Assembly (NCBI GenBank): GCA_020891255.1
Contig: BQFW01000006.1
Span: 930,001-994,000, forward strand
From: Entomortierella parvispora E1425
Lineage: Eukaryota; Fungi; Mortierellomycota
Direction: 5' to 3'
DNA: 64,000 nt
Part shown: piece by piece, positions 1-12,228 of the stretch
How the letters are laid out: every line of letters starts with the position of its first letter
How positions within the stretch are numbered: position 1 is the stretch's first letter
Notes under the pieces: model-generated
Told to the model about the DNA's origin: nothing
Database searches by the model: none
The model's input: only the letters and a program-made list of their open reading frames with translations
Position numbers and translations under genes: made by a program

Positions 1-1
1 C

Positions 2-2618
2 GCTGCCAAAAAGAAGGGAAAGAACACTAAGCACTCAGAGCCATTGTCAGTTGACGATACCGAGGTCTATTATGATATCGATACTTTTGACGAGGATGAA
101 TTGATCAAGCAGCAACAGGAGCAAGCAGCAAATGGAGATCAGGATACCATCATGAGCGAGCCTACGGGTACAAATGAAGAAAAGGACGCGACCATGAGCA
201 TGGATGTCGATGAGAAGGTTGAGGAGGTCGCCAAGAAGCCTGTTAAGGAGCAAAAAAAGAAGGAAAAGAAGGAGCAACCCAAGAAGGAGGTCGCCGCCGT
301 AGAAACCGCCACAGAGGAGAACAAGACTGAGGAAGCAACCACCACCGGGGAGGCCAAGGAACCTAAGGAGAAGAAATTGTCCAAGAAGGAGAAGCAGGCT
401 TTGAAGGCTGCTGAGTATAAGGCCAAGCGTGAGGCGATCAAGGCAGAGAAGGCCGCATTGAAGAAGCCTGAGGAGCCAAAAGTCCCATACAACCCCATGG
501 ATGGTGTTGACATCAGTAAGTTACTTTGTTTTACCAAGGCTCTTTGAGGAATACAGTATGGACAGCGTGACTAATCGGCTTTTCTTTGTTCTAGACTTTG
601 ATATTTCCGCTTGGAAGGACTACAAGTTCTCGCCAATGATTGAGAATGCCCTCAAAAAGGCCAAGTTCACAAAGCCATCCCCTATCCAGGCAGAAGCCCT
701 TCCTCTAGGCCTTGCTGGTCGCGACGTTGTTGGTGTTGCCGAGACTGGTTCAGGAAAGACTTTGGCCTTTGGATTGCCTATAGTGGAGTGCCTGGCCAAG
801 CAAGCAATGATGGCCGCTGAGAGCAATGGTCCTTTGAGCGAGTCTTTGACGGCCTTGATCTTGACCCCCACCCGTGAGTTGGCTATTCAGGTTAAGGAGC
901 ATTTGGTGGCGTTTACACAGTTCACAGGACACCACGTCGTCCCCATTGTTGGAGGTATGTCGATCCAGAAACAGACTCGTCAGCTGGACCGCAACCCAGC
1001 CATCATTGTCGCCACCCCCGGACGTCTCTGGGAATTGATTTCGACCAACCCTACCTATTCCGAGCGTTTGGTTCATACTCGTTTCTTGGTTCTCGATGAG
1101 GCCGATCGCATGTTGGAATCAGGCCATTTCCAGGAATTGACCAACATCTTGAAACTGTTGGAGCGTAAGCGCGAGAAGACCAGTGACTGGGACCAGCACA
1201 CCAAGACCGCTGCCGCCGCTGCTGCTCAGGAGGAGGCCCTTACTGAGGAGGGTGCCGTTGTCGAGGCTGAGGACTTGAAGAAGAAGAGACAGGCTAACTT
1301 TGCGGCCACATCCATTGCCAGAGACGACTATGAGTGGAACCGTCAAACTTTCATCTTCACCGCTACTCTTAGCAAGGAGCTGAGCTTGAACTTGTCCAAG
1401 AAGAAGAACCGTGCCAAGAGCATGGAGCATCAGACTGCCGAGGGCACAATGGAGGATTTGATGGAGCGTCTCGAGTTCCATGACGAGACTCCTGCTTTTG
1501 TCAACATCCGCACGGATAAGATTGTGGCGTCAACCCTGTTGGAGGCCAAGATTGACTGCTTGACGGCAGAGAAGGATTTGTACTTGTACTACTTTGCGAT
1601 GAAGTACCCCGGTCGCACCTTGGTATTTGTCAACTCTATCGATGCAATCCGTCACTTGGTGCCCATGATGCAGTTGTTGGGTGTGGATGCTTTGGGAATG
1701 CACGCCCAGATGCAGCAGCGTCAACGTCTCAAGAACTTGGATCGATTCAAGTCGAACCCAAGAGCATTTATGATTGCCTCAGATGTGGCAGCCCGTGGAT
1801 TGGATATTCCACTGGTGGACCATGTCATCCACTATCAGGTGCCTCGCTCTGGTGACATCTATGTCCATCGCAGTGGTCGTACCGCTCGTGCTCAGAACGA
1901 GGGTATCTCTCTTTTGATCTGCGGACCTGATGAGGTCAATCTGTACAAGAAGATTTGCGTGACACTCAAGAAGGAGAATGGTATCCCCGAGTTCCCTGTG
2001 GATCGTGGTGTTATTAACGATATGAAGAAGCGTGTCGCTTTGGCCAAAAAGATTGACGAGCAGGAACATCGCGTTCAAAAGGTAAAAGATGATTCTCCGT
2101 TGGTGTGGTCTTTTGAGATTGAACCTTTGCGCCGAATGTGATAATAACAATTGGTTTATCATGATTTTACTCTATTGTAGTCTGCCCACCAAGACGATTG
2201 GATGGTCAAGTCAGCCGAAGCCATGGATATCATTTTGGATGAGGATATTTTGAACTCTGGACCTAAGATCAAGGACAAGGACGATGATAATTCGGCTATG
2301 ACTGGACGCAAGAACAAGATCAAGGCGATGCGCGCTGAACTGAAGGCCATGCTCCAGAAGCGTATGATGCCCCAAGGAGCCAGTGCCAAGTATATCACTA
2401 GTGGTATCATGCGCGATCTCGCAGATCGTTTGAGAGACAGCGCAAACCACAACCCATTGATGCCCGCTCACATCCAATCGACAGCCTTGGAGGATATCAA
2501 GAACCATAAGACAAAGACTAAGGCTGCAACCAAGAAGGCAGAGGCTGCCAAGATGGCTTCATCGTTGACGGCGAGCAGTGGCGCTGCCGAGGCCATGTCA
2601 GAAGATGACTCGGAATAG
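2..2618 (+). CDS. MAK5: DEAD-box RNA helicase MAK5/DDX24 (5'-partial); exons <2-515, 595-2081, 2181-2618
   Basis: Motifs AETGSGKT, PTRELA, TPGR, DEAD, FTAT, DVAARGLD and YVHRSGRTAR are present. Introns 516-594 (GTAAGT..CTAG) and 2082-2180 (GTAAAA..TGTAG) keep the frame. The frame is open from base 2, so the start lies upstream of the window. The acidic/Lys-rich N-terminus is typical of DDX24. Confidence 0.9.
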
Positions 2619-3354
2619 AGACCCATTCACCACCTACCCCAACACCCCCTCAATTTTGCATATACTTTTTTCCCTTTTCACATATCAGCATTTCATCTTC
2701 TAAAAAGAAGCTAAACACCGTAGAAATAAAATAGCATTGTATTCCCTTGTGAACTACGAAGCTTGATGTCCAGCAGGACAGAAAGGATGCATCCTCTGTT
2801 GTACAAGCAGGGGGGCCATAGACCAAGCATGTGGTTCGGCTATCCTTTTTTATTTATTTTTCATCGTCTTGCACTTGAAGGGGTCAACCCTCCTCGTCCC
2901 CTTCCTATTCACAATATCCCTCCTTCATTCTTTACTCCACCCCATCCGCCGATCAAGCCGCAGGATAAAGTGTGGGGCAGCCCCTAATGAAAACTGTGGC
3001 TGGGACATGCGAAAAAGAGGAAAGCGCAACGTGTTGGGGATAGATCTCCACGGTTGGTTCTCGTTTTCGTTGGACCCTAACTATGGATGTGATTAGGTGA
3101 GGCAGTCAAGGACCTTTTGCGTTCGCTCTGGTTCCAATATATCCCGTTCTTTTTTCCTTTATTGTGCATGACCATGCTCGCAATGACTCTTGTTTTGGGA
3201 GAGATCTCCCATGGTCCAGGGCCCACACGGATGGCACTGTCAGCAACTGCCTCCTATCTGGGGGGATGAGGGGATTGTTTTATTTTATTTCACCATGCGC
3301 TTTGTCATTTTATCTACATGGGGCAGCATCCACCTCGAGTCGAAGGATAACCTG

Positions 3355-3356
<2 letters not shown>

Positions 3357-3392
<36 letters not shown>
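3357..3392. repeat. (GA)18 microsatellite
   Basis: Perfect GA dinucleotide run in the intergenic region. Confidence 0.95.
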
Positions 3393-3396
<4 letters not shown>

Positions 3397-4672
3397 GAGC
3401 GCAGTGAATAGCGATTGTAAATACTCATTAACGCCTTAGCCTAGACGTGATTATCATGAGATCGACCAGTCTGATGAAGGTCAAGGATGTAAGTCGCGAC
3501 CCAATGTTCTGGGTCTTTAAACAGCTGATTGGATCGTGCACATCCAGATCTGCTGGCGTTGATTTACTGACAAAAGAATGGACTCTGTCGCGTGCCGAGA
3601 AGGGATGCAGGAGGGAGAGAGGGAATGAGAGCGAGAGGAGAGGCAGGAGATTCGTCTAAATTACTGCTTTTCATTTTTTTTCCCGCTATTCGTGGTTGTT
3701 CACCCCTCACCCAGTGACAAGAGCGGCGGAGCCGAACGAGAATCGACAAGGCGGCAGGCGTCCATCCCTTTGCCCACTGACACACTCAACGGGCGGAAAC
3801 GAGGAGAATTTCATCTGAGCCTCACTCAGCTTCAAAAGGAACCAGCTTCTCTATGGAATATATCGGACAAGGGAGCTCAATATTACTGTTCACCTTGACT
3901 TCGCAGTGGCGAGGGGGGCAGAGACGACGGAAGAAATAGGAGAAGCAAAGAAATGAAAAGAAAATAGTAGGCAAGGAAGACGCGAAATGGGCGCAAAAAA
4001 GGTATAAAACATATAGTACAGTACACGTTGCCTTTCTCGAAAAATCTTGTTGGTCCGTGTTAAAAAGTCGCGGGTTTGATGTATGGCAATAGACAGCTTG
4101 AGGTAAACGTATAAAAGCGTTCGCCCCAGCCTTCAAAAACAGCATCATTCTTGGCATCTTCCCTTCGTTAAAACAGCTATTCTCATCCTTGGATCCAGTC
4201 GCGTGTCCAACCAAGCAAGAACTCCCTTTGTTTTCCCCCCTACAGCGCTGTATATATGTATGCAAGTCAATAGGCATCTTTGTCTCCTTGTCCACACAAT
4301 CTGACCTGACTGACCATTTTCAGTCATATTTTACTTTCTCACGCACCGGCTGCCTCCATTTGTTTGGATGGTCCAGCTCTCAACATCTTCTCTTCTCCTT
4401 TCTCCCTCGGCCTCGACTCTCTTTCTCCACACCTCCTTTTTTTATTCTTTTTCTTTCTGTTGTTGTCCCTTTCTCTCTATTTGTCACTCACCACCATCCT
4501 CGCACCTTCTCGCGCCTTTCTCGACTCATTTTTGTCACACCCTTCTCCCTCTTCTTGTTCATACCTTGACTCTTCTCTTTTCTTCCCTGTCTACTCCACT
4601 CACCCTACCTCTGTCTCTCCTTTGCGCCCCACCAACCCTCACCTTCCGCACAACTGCCGCAGCAAGCCTGAC

Positions 4673-7222
4673 ATGGCTCCGACAACAGTCACCGTCTTCA
4701 CACACCAGGCTCTCTTTCTCTTTGATATCCTCAACCAGATCCAACCTTTTCTTTCGCTTCAAGATTTGAGCCGGTCCACTCAAGTGTGCCGCCAATGGCA
4801 CCAGTTCTTTCATCAAGTGCTCTGGCGATCAGTTGCAATCTCGGAGAGTCGCCATCGACCTGATTTCCTCGACAGTCTGGTCAAGAACCTGGGGTGGGTT
4901 CACTCTTTGAAATGGGACTACACAGAGTGGTGGGAGATGCACCACGTCTCGAGGTATTCTTTGCCTTCATCCCCAACGACGAGGGCAGCGATCCAACCCA
5001 CGGTCATGTCAACAAACCGAGCACAGACAACAAAGCAGATCGACGTCCTCCCTGTCCCTGCCCCTGTTCTGACCCCGCCCCAGTCCACATACCCTACCTC
5101 TTCCTCTCGTGTATCCCCTGCATCTTTTTCATCTTCTTCATCTTGTTCTTCTTTCAACCCCACAGTTTCTTCTGCATCGCCGACAGAAGCAGTAGCAGGA
5201 ACATCTCTTGTGGGGGCACGGACACGCCTACAGTATCACCCACCCACCCAGATCTCCTTCCCTACTCGTCAAACCCTACAACAATTAGGACTCAACCACG
5301 CACATGCACTACAGGACCTTGTGCTCGAGGGACCCTTCGAGTTGATTCCTCTCTTGCGGGCTCTGGCTTGTGCAAACCACTACCCTCGTTATCAGCAACA
5401 ACAGCATCATCATCCTTTATGTTCCCATCCTTCTTTTTCTCCTGATTCTAACGGTAACACGATGCTTCGCGGCTGCAGTGACGCCAGCGGTGATCACAAT
5501 GGACCCAGATTGAGACGATTACGACTGAAGAACACGAACTGCCAACGGCGGGAGACCGTGCCCTTCCAAGACCTCTTCCGAGTATCACCTGTTCTGGAAG
5601 AGTTTGCGCTCAAAACCCATGCCCAGATAATTGTTTCCGAGTCCTCTGAAGATGACCTGTCATTACAGCAGCAGCAACAACAACTACGAAGGGAGGAAGA
5701 GAGGTCCCCTTTGAGGCTTAAAAAGTTGGAGTTGGATGTCCGTGCACTGACAGGGCCGCAGCTTTGGGTCATCTTGAGGCAATGCCCTGACTTGGAGATG
5801 TTTTCATTGACAGATTACGGGGGGATCCATCCAGTCCAAAGCTTCAAGAAGGAACTCTCGAGCCTTGGGTCGCTAGAATCTGAAGTCGGAGCTGTGAGCA
5901 AGGTGCAACCTCACCGTGATTCCAAGTACCCGACGTTGACAAGAACGCGTCCAATGACCAATATCGTGGCATGGATCCGATCCATGGGCGGGCAAGACCC
6001 TAGCCGGACTTTGTCGTCCTTATCGACGGCCTCCTATCGAAACGCGTCCTATTTCAAGCAAGCATCGCAGGTGCCGGTTCCAAAGGTTCCTCAAGTGCCA
6101 GACGCGCACAAGTTCTTGGCCAGTCTTCCCAAACTGACCCACCTTGGCATGGACTCGATTTGCTTTGGTGATGTCTGTCTGTCTGCTCTTGAGAAGTACT
6201 GCCCAAGACTCACCTCCCTCGACATTGGACGCCAGATTTCTGGTATCCCCCCTCGCTCGCCTACATCGCCTTCATTTGAATCGCCAGTTTCTCCGTCCTT
6301 GTTCTCCACTTCCTTGTCCTCTCCAGCCCCTCCTTCGGGTCAGATCCAATCCAGCACATTACAGACCTTTTTGTGCTCTCCTGGAGCGCGCCATCTCAAG
6401 CACCTGCGGGTCCGTGGACTACGTCTCCATGCCGAAGACATGCTCTCCCCCCGAACTGGTATTCTTCAACCTTGGGCCTGCAGTCCCCATCTCGAAACAC
6501 TGTCCATCGCCTTTGGGACTGGTCTGTTGTCCTCACCCAACTCGTCACCCTTGACTTCTCCCAACCTCTCCGCAGACCCTTCTATGACTGCCCCTTTGTC
6601 CCCAGCTATCCCATTACTCTACAGTCATCTCTTCTCGCAACCTTCTTTGACTTTACAAGAATCTTTGGAGCAAATTGTCTACAGTCAATTGGCCCAGTTA
6701 CGACAGATTCAAATCCTGGAGATTCGTCCCTCAGCCTCCTTCTTTAGACTCAGGATCAGCCCCTCGGGCCGATCTGGACTCGAGCTCCTGGCAGACTTGA
6801 ACAAGACCCTGGAAGAGTTCTCTATGGCCATGAGTGCCCAACCTCAGCCACCCCCTTCCACAGTTCCAGGAGGGCCGACCGCGACAACAGCGGTAACGGC
6901 AGCCGAAGAGCGCAAGGCGCTGCACGAGTGGTTTGAGCTGTACTGGCCAGATGTGAAGAAGATTCAAGTTGTCTCGAGCCGTGAAAGGGGATTCCAACCG
7001 ACAGCTCCAAGTCATCCTGGGGCGGTTGGCTTGGGTATCACCACCGCAGCCGCCTCTACCGTCTCGGCCGCATCCAGTGCCAGTTCAGGTAGTCGTTCTA
7101 GAAACAGCGCAGATGCTTCAAGTTCCAACTCCAGAGACCTTTCAGACGAGAATTGCAATACAACAAACTACTGGAGTGGGTTTCTTTCTCAACCACCTCC
7201 TCCGCGAGCATCCCGCGTATAA
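4673..7222 (+). CDS. F-box-like / degenerate LRR protein, 849 aa, single coding exon
   Basis: The N-terminus (LFLFDILNQIQPFLSLQDLSRSTQVCRQWHQFFHQVLWRSV) fits an F-box. LRR-like segments follow (LRRLRL, LKKLEL, CPDLEMFSL, LPKLTHL, CPRLTSLDI, LKHLRV, LETLSI) among Ser/Pro-rich linkers. The long upstream in-frame CT-rich stretch looks like 5' UTR. Confidence 0.75.
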   Translation: MAPTTVTVFTHQALFLFDILNQIQPFLSLQDLSRSTQVCRQWHQFFHQVLWRSVAISESRHRPDFLDSLVKNLGWVHSLKWDYTEWWEMHHVSRYSLPSSPTTRAAIQPTVMSTNRAQTTKQIDVLPVPAPVLTPPQSTYPTSSSRVSPASFSSSSSCSSFNPTVSSASPTEAVAGTSLVGARTRLQYHPPTQISFPTRQTLQQLGLNHAHALQDLVLEGPFELIPLLRALACANHYPRYQQQQHHHPLCSHPSFSPDSNGNTMLRGCSDASGDHNGPRLRRLRLKNTNCQRRETVPFQDLFRVSPVLEEFALKTHAQIIVSESSEDDLSLQQQQQQLRREEERSPLRLKKLELDVRALTGPQLWVILRQCPDLEMFSLTDYGGIHPVQSFKKELSSLGSLESEVGAVSKVQPHRDSKYPTLTRTRPMTNIVAWIRSMGGQDPSRTLSSLSTASYRNASYFKQASQVPVPKVPQVPDAHKFLASLPKLTHLGMDSICFGDVCLSALEKYCPRLTSLDIGRQISGIPPRSPTSPSFESPVSPSLFSTSLSSPAPPSGQIQSSTLQTFLCSPGARHLKHLRVRGLRLHAEDMLSPRTGILQPWACSPHLETLSIAFGTGLLSSPNSSPLTSPNLSADPSMTAPLSPAIPLLYSHLFSQPSLTLQESLEQIVYSQLAQLRQIQILEIRPSASFFRLRISPSGRSGLELLADLNKTLEEFSMAMSAQPQPPPSTVPGGPTATTAVTAAEERKALHEWFELYWPDVKKIQVVSSRERGFQPTAPSHPGAVGLGITTAAASTVSAASSASSGSRSRNSADASSSNSRDLSDENCNTTNYWSGFLSQPPPPRASRV

Positions 7223-7473
7223 AAAAAACTTCCCAATAAAAATGGCATATTTAAGTTGTTTTCACTTCATCCGACAAATGTCCTGTCGGCCCTCGAGATT
7301 TTGGATATGTTTGTTTTTATTCTTTTGCATGCAATGATATTTGTCCTGACATCGTACCCCTTCCCCTTCTCCCATCTCTGCGTTTTACTAGTAGTGTCCA
7401 TCTAGCCCTCCTTTTTTCTTGCATTGACCAAAATATTCTCATAGGCGTGCTGAAGGGCTTTAAGGATCACTTC

Positions 7474-8775
7474 TTAGTAGCAAAGACGGTAACTGACATA
7501 ACGACCACTTGTCTCGGACGGCCTCATAATCTTAACAACCTGTCCGCGGGCCAATCCGTAGTATCTGGCGATGGGGTCTGAAGGCTGAATACGGGGGAGC
7601 TGTGTCTCCTTGAGACGGTAACGCTTCAACAAGGTATCCTTCTCCTCAGGCGAGAGCACAATATGTTGAGGAACCAATGTGTGTTCCGTGATGTTAACCA
7701 ACAAATCCGCCTCCTGGAAGCACTCCAAGTGGTAGCTGTGGCTGACCTCACCAATGACCTTCATGGCCGAGGGGGTAATCTTATCCTGGTAAATGACAAT
7801 TCCACGTCCAACGCCCTTGGCAACCATCAACTCGCAGTTCCTGGGGAAGGGGTTAAAAAAAACAGAAGAACGTGTTAAAGCCAATTCCAATTCCCAGGTG
7901 GATCGATTTAAGTCCAGAACAGTGATTAGAGCAGACATACTTCTTGATGGTCTTGATACCAACGGAGGACTCATCAGGGAAGAAAACGAGCATCTGATCA
8001 GCTGGGTCATCCTTCTTCTGAACCATGAACATCAAAGCGTTGCGACTATGATGAGACAAAATGGAATGCAGAGAGAGGTCAGTATCTTGTGGCGGTATGT
8101 TTGAAGCAAAAATAAAAGGGATCTGCTGTTGATCCCGAGAGTCGACTTTCAATTTTGTCGCGTGTGTCATTGACAGCCCCAAGAAGTGTATAAAGTCGAG
8201 CAGAAAAGGGCAACCCCATCGAACACCGTCTCCAATAAGTAAATCTGCTGCGCCTTTCCAGAGCGTCCTCTGCGATCAGACTAATGCTCGAAACTCCTGC
8301 TCAGAGACTTGATAGTAGATAGTCCGTGATCCCGGGCTCATCCTGCGTGTCTTCAAGCTATTATTCCTTTGCTACAATCCTATGAAGATCCTTGAAGCAG
8401 AAAAAGCCAAGCACTTACTCAACCTTGCCATGACTGGCAAAGTTTGCTCTGAAGGCCTCGAGATCTTGGTCCAACTCTGCCTGAGAGATGAGGTAGCCCT
8501 GTCAATTACAACAAAACAAGAAGAAATGAGTCTCTTTCATGGTCTGGATCCAAATCTCCATGGGGATTCAACGGAAGGAATGCTTTGGCCTTTCTTCTTA
8601 TGATACGACTGTAGCGCGGAGCCAAGGGCTCTGTCCTCTGCAGTCCACAAGAACAACAGACCGAAGGTCCATGTGCTTTGAACAATGGCAATCATCTTAC
8701 TCTGTGGTTGCAAAGCTGATGGATGGTCCTGTAGACTCTCCAGAGACGGACGATTTCGCGAGACTCGTTATCCAT
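7474..8775 (-). CDS. RPB5: RNA polymerase I/II/III shared subunit RPB5, 208 aa; exons 8775-8701, 8498-8419, 8045-7941, 7840-7474
   Basis: The spliced product begins [34 protein letters not shown]. It ends [18 protein letters not shown]...[42 protein letters not shown]. All three introns are GT-AG and frame-consistent. Confidence 0.97.
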
Positions 8776-9086
8776 GGCTGTGGTGATGTGTGGTGATTAT
8801 GAGATTATAAAGAGAAAAAGGACAGAGACCACAAGAGGAGCGAATGGACAGACACAGACAGACAGGAGCAATGAATGCGAGGCAAAAAAAAAGATGTGCT
8901 TTGCAGCCAAAAGCGGTGACTGCTGGGCCATTGGTTGAAGAAACAACAAAGCCACCGCACGCATAGCTGGATCATCACCTTGACCCCTTAAGTACACCGC
9001 CCTTTCAACAGGGCATCTCATCTCCTTCGCGACACTCTCCATCCGTCTCGAACCAAGGAACCCAAGGACCCAACACTACATCAACA

Positions 9087-9759
9087 ATGTCGGCTGCAGT
9101 GGCATTACAGCGAAAGCTCGAGGCAGACTCGTCTGCCTACCAAAAGATTCAGCAGGGTAAATGACCCTACATCGCGCATGGTGGTTGCAGTCGCGACAGA
9201 GAACTGTTTGCTTTTGCAAGGATGACCATGCAACCATGGTTGAAGCAACTACACCACACCCATGCCCAGCCACCACACGCCAGGCGCCTGTTCGATACCA
9301 TCGATCCACTTCATGGAAACTCACAGCCTGCATGCCCTGTCACATTTCCTTTACAATTTTAGACTACTCAAAGGCTGTCGAGTCAAGGCAAAAGCTCGAC
9401 TCCCAGCTTCAGGAGAACAAGTTGGTTCAGGAAGAGTTCAAGCTCTTGAAGGGTGACGCCAATGTTTACAAGCTCATCGGACCTGTTCTCGTCAAGCAAG
9501 AAAAGAACGACGCTATCACCAACGTTGACAAGCGTATCGATTTTATCCAGGCTGAAATGTAACCTTCTCTGCCTTTCCCATAGCGATTTGTTTGGCCACA
9601 GGACGAAAAAAACAAACGCATCTCTAACATGACCTCTCTCACCCTCATAGTGACCGTGTTGAGAAGCAGCTCAAGGAATTGCAGGAGAAATCAGAGAAGA
9701 AGCGCATGGAGTTGGTCGAGACCCAGACCGCTCTTCAGCAGCAGCAGGCAGCAAAATAA
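9087..9759 (+). CDS. PFD6: Prefoldin subunit 6 (YKE2/GIM1/PFDN6); exons 9087-9156, 9363-9558, 9651-9759
   Basis: The segment RQKLDSQLQENKLVQEEF..VYKLIGPVLVKQE...NVDKRIDFI is the prefoldin beta-6 signature. GT-AG introns keep the frame. Confidence 0.95.
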
Positions 9760-10071
9760 ACACTGCAATGTACACAAGAATTCTTATTCAAAACCTATCG
9801 GCAGTTTCAAAAGGAGGAGACGGATGCGTGTGGCAACAGAGGACAGCAGCTAGTGTCAGCCCGTCTTCACCAGAGAGATAATGAGATCAAAGCAAAGGTG
9901 GCCAAAGAATATAGTGATGATAATGATCAGAATGGTATGTTTATTGAAAGTTGAAACTCTGCTATTGTTGGCGAATGATGTTTTTGTCCTCGGTCACAAT
10001 CGTCCAAGGGACTTGAAATGGATGAAGGGTGAGATCGAAATGCAAATAAATATAAGAAAAACAGATATCAC

Positions 10072-12228
10072 TTAGGCCGACTTGCCGCCGATTTTGGACG
10101 CAGCCTTAGAGACCTCGTTCAAGCGAGCAAAGACCTCGGCAGTACCGTCAACCATTCCGGTAGTATGGTAGGTGACGCCGTACTTTTTGCAGAGCGATGC
10201 GACAGCAGGCTGGATCTTGGAGAAGTTGTGGCGGGGCATCGAAGGGAACAAATGATGCTCAATCTGGTAGTTCAAGCCTCCAGTGAACCAGTTGGCAAAG
10301 AGACCGGGGTGAACATCGCGTCCAGTGATGATCTGCTTGGTGAAGAAGTCCATATCAACAGCCTCCTCCTTGGAGATGACAGGCATACCATTGTGGTTGA
10401 GCGAGAAGACAAGAGCCAAAAGGTTACCGCAGACAGCCTGGGAAACCAAGAAGTAGATGGCAATGTTGACGGGGTCCTTGACGAACAAGAACATGGTAGC
10501 CAAGTACCAGGTCCAGTGCATGGCCAAAGACAACTGCTCAACCAAGGAAATGGGGACACGGGCGCCAGAGGGCTTGTGGGCCTGTCCGTTGGGCATCACA
10601 AACATGATGGACTGAAGGCACCACGAAAGACGGGCAAACGACAAGATAGGAAAGTAAAACCAGGTCTGGTTCAAGACCATGAAACGGCTCCACATGCGAG
10701 TCAATTCCTCATCGGGCACATCCGAGAACATTTCCAAAGCGTGCTCGCTCCAAGTCAACAAAGGGTGGGTGTCAATATCGGGATCCTCGCCGTGAACGTT
10801 GGGAGCGGCGTGATGAGTGTTGTGCTTGTCCTTCCACCAGGAAGAGGAGAAACCCTGGCAGACACCTCCAAGGAAGGCGCCAAAGAGATCACCCCAGAAA
10901 CGATCTTGGAAGACCTGGTGGTGCAAAAAGTCGTGGGCCAACCAACCGCACTGCTGCCAGAAGAGTCCGAGAATCGAGGCAGAGATGACGTTGGCAAGAG
11001 TAGAGGTCTGACCCCACTTGGCGACGATAAAGGTGGAAAGAGCCCAGAGCGAGAGGTTGAAGGAGACCTTGAAAGCGTAGTAGGCCTTGTTGGAATCGTA
11101 GTAGCCCAAGGACTGGAAGAGAGAGCGCAGCTTGCGAACCTCGGCCGCAAAATCGTCGTTCTTGATGGCACGGTCGTGCTCGGCAATGTCTCCGACGTAG
11201 AAGTTGGCCAAGGTCTCCCAAGCTCCCTCGGGGTGGAAAGTATCAAAGACGTCTAGATATTCATGGGAACATCGGGATCAGTGGGTTGTGCGCAATCAGT
11301 TTGAGCACATTTCCTGAGTTTGTTCTGCTTTGTGCGCTGGCGGCTTGTCTGAGTGGTGTGTTGTCGGTTGAATGGTCGAGCGCTGTTTTACAGTTATGTT
11401 GGGTCAATACAAATAAAGCGCAAAACAGAGGCCACAGAGGGGTGTCTCCAGTCAATCGCATGCGGGAGAAGAGTGCGGCCGAGCTTTCCGCTTTTGTCGA
11501 GCGGAGAAGACTGTCAACAACCAGCAAGGATATCTTCCAGTTCGTCTGTTTGAGGGGCACGGGCGAGGGTTTCCTCTTTGCTCGGCTAGCCTGGTGTCAG
11601 TGATTTGTTGCAGTTCCCTGCCTCTCTGTCCTTCAAAACGACCTGCCTCTGGTCTGCCTGCAAGGGATATAGGAATCCAGAGTAGTGGGTACTCACCAGT
11701 GCCATCCTTGCCAACGTGGGTCAAGATGACGCTTCCACCGGGATGATCAGGCACAAACTCGCGGACATCATAGACCTTGTTGTCGATGATCATGAGGAAG
11801 GGTGCGTCGGCATCCTTCTTGCCCTCATTGAGGGCCTCGGCATTCAGAATCTCGGACCGAGTAAACGTCCTGATGCCTTTTTTTTCAATGAGAAAGAGAG
11901 CTATTTAGTTTCTGGGGTTGATTCTTCTTTGTCATGATTATTTCGTTTGGAGCAAAAAGAATAACATGAAAATTCCTTGGCTCTTCCAGCAGACTGGAGA
12001 GGGACGAGAAAGAAAGAGAGGGGCAAGAGGGAAGCATGGGTTGCAGTAGCAGGTGAAAATGCAACGGTACAGAGGAAAGGGCAACGGGAGAGAGGGCCAG
12101 AGATAACAAACAGCACACAATCAGATCGATAGAGATTGCAGATCAAAAGTGATCCAGGGGGGAGGGGAAGAAGGGAAGGGAGAGAAGAGGGGTCCGAGAG
12201 CAAGCGACTTACTGGGAGTGGCAGCCAT
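10072..12228 (-). CDS. FAD6D/D6D: Front-end Delta-6 fatty acid desaturase (cytochrome b5 fusion), 458 aa; exons 12228-12213, 11876-11697, 11252-10072
   Basis: Heme motif HPGG and His boxes HDFLH, HNTHH and QIEHH are present. The spliced N-terminus MAATPSIRTFTRSEILNAEALNEGKKDADAPFLMIIDNKVYDVREF closely resembles the Mortierella alpina Delta-6 as I recall it. Confidence 0.97.

Noticed and set aside
8280-8330. Possible C/D snoRNA in RPB5 intron 2; CTATCTACTATC matches a 25S rRNA stretch as I recall it
   Set aside because: On the transcribed strand the match is sense rather than antisense, the C box is non-canonical, and 12-mer rRNA matches are expected by chance in 64 kb.
10165-11256. 363-aa plus-strand ORF antisense to the Delta-6 desaturase (likewise 22351-23289, 27994-28947, 33597-34394 and 36751-37404)
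   Set aside because: These are shadow ORFs caused by biased codon usage of well-conserved genes on the opposite strand, and show no independent motifs.
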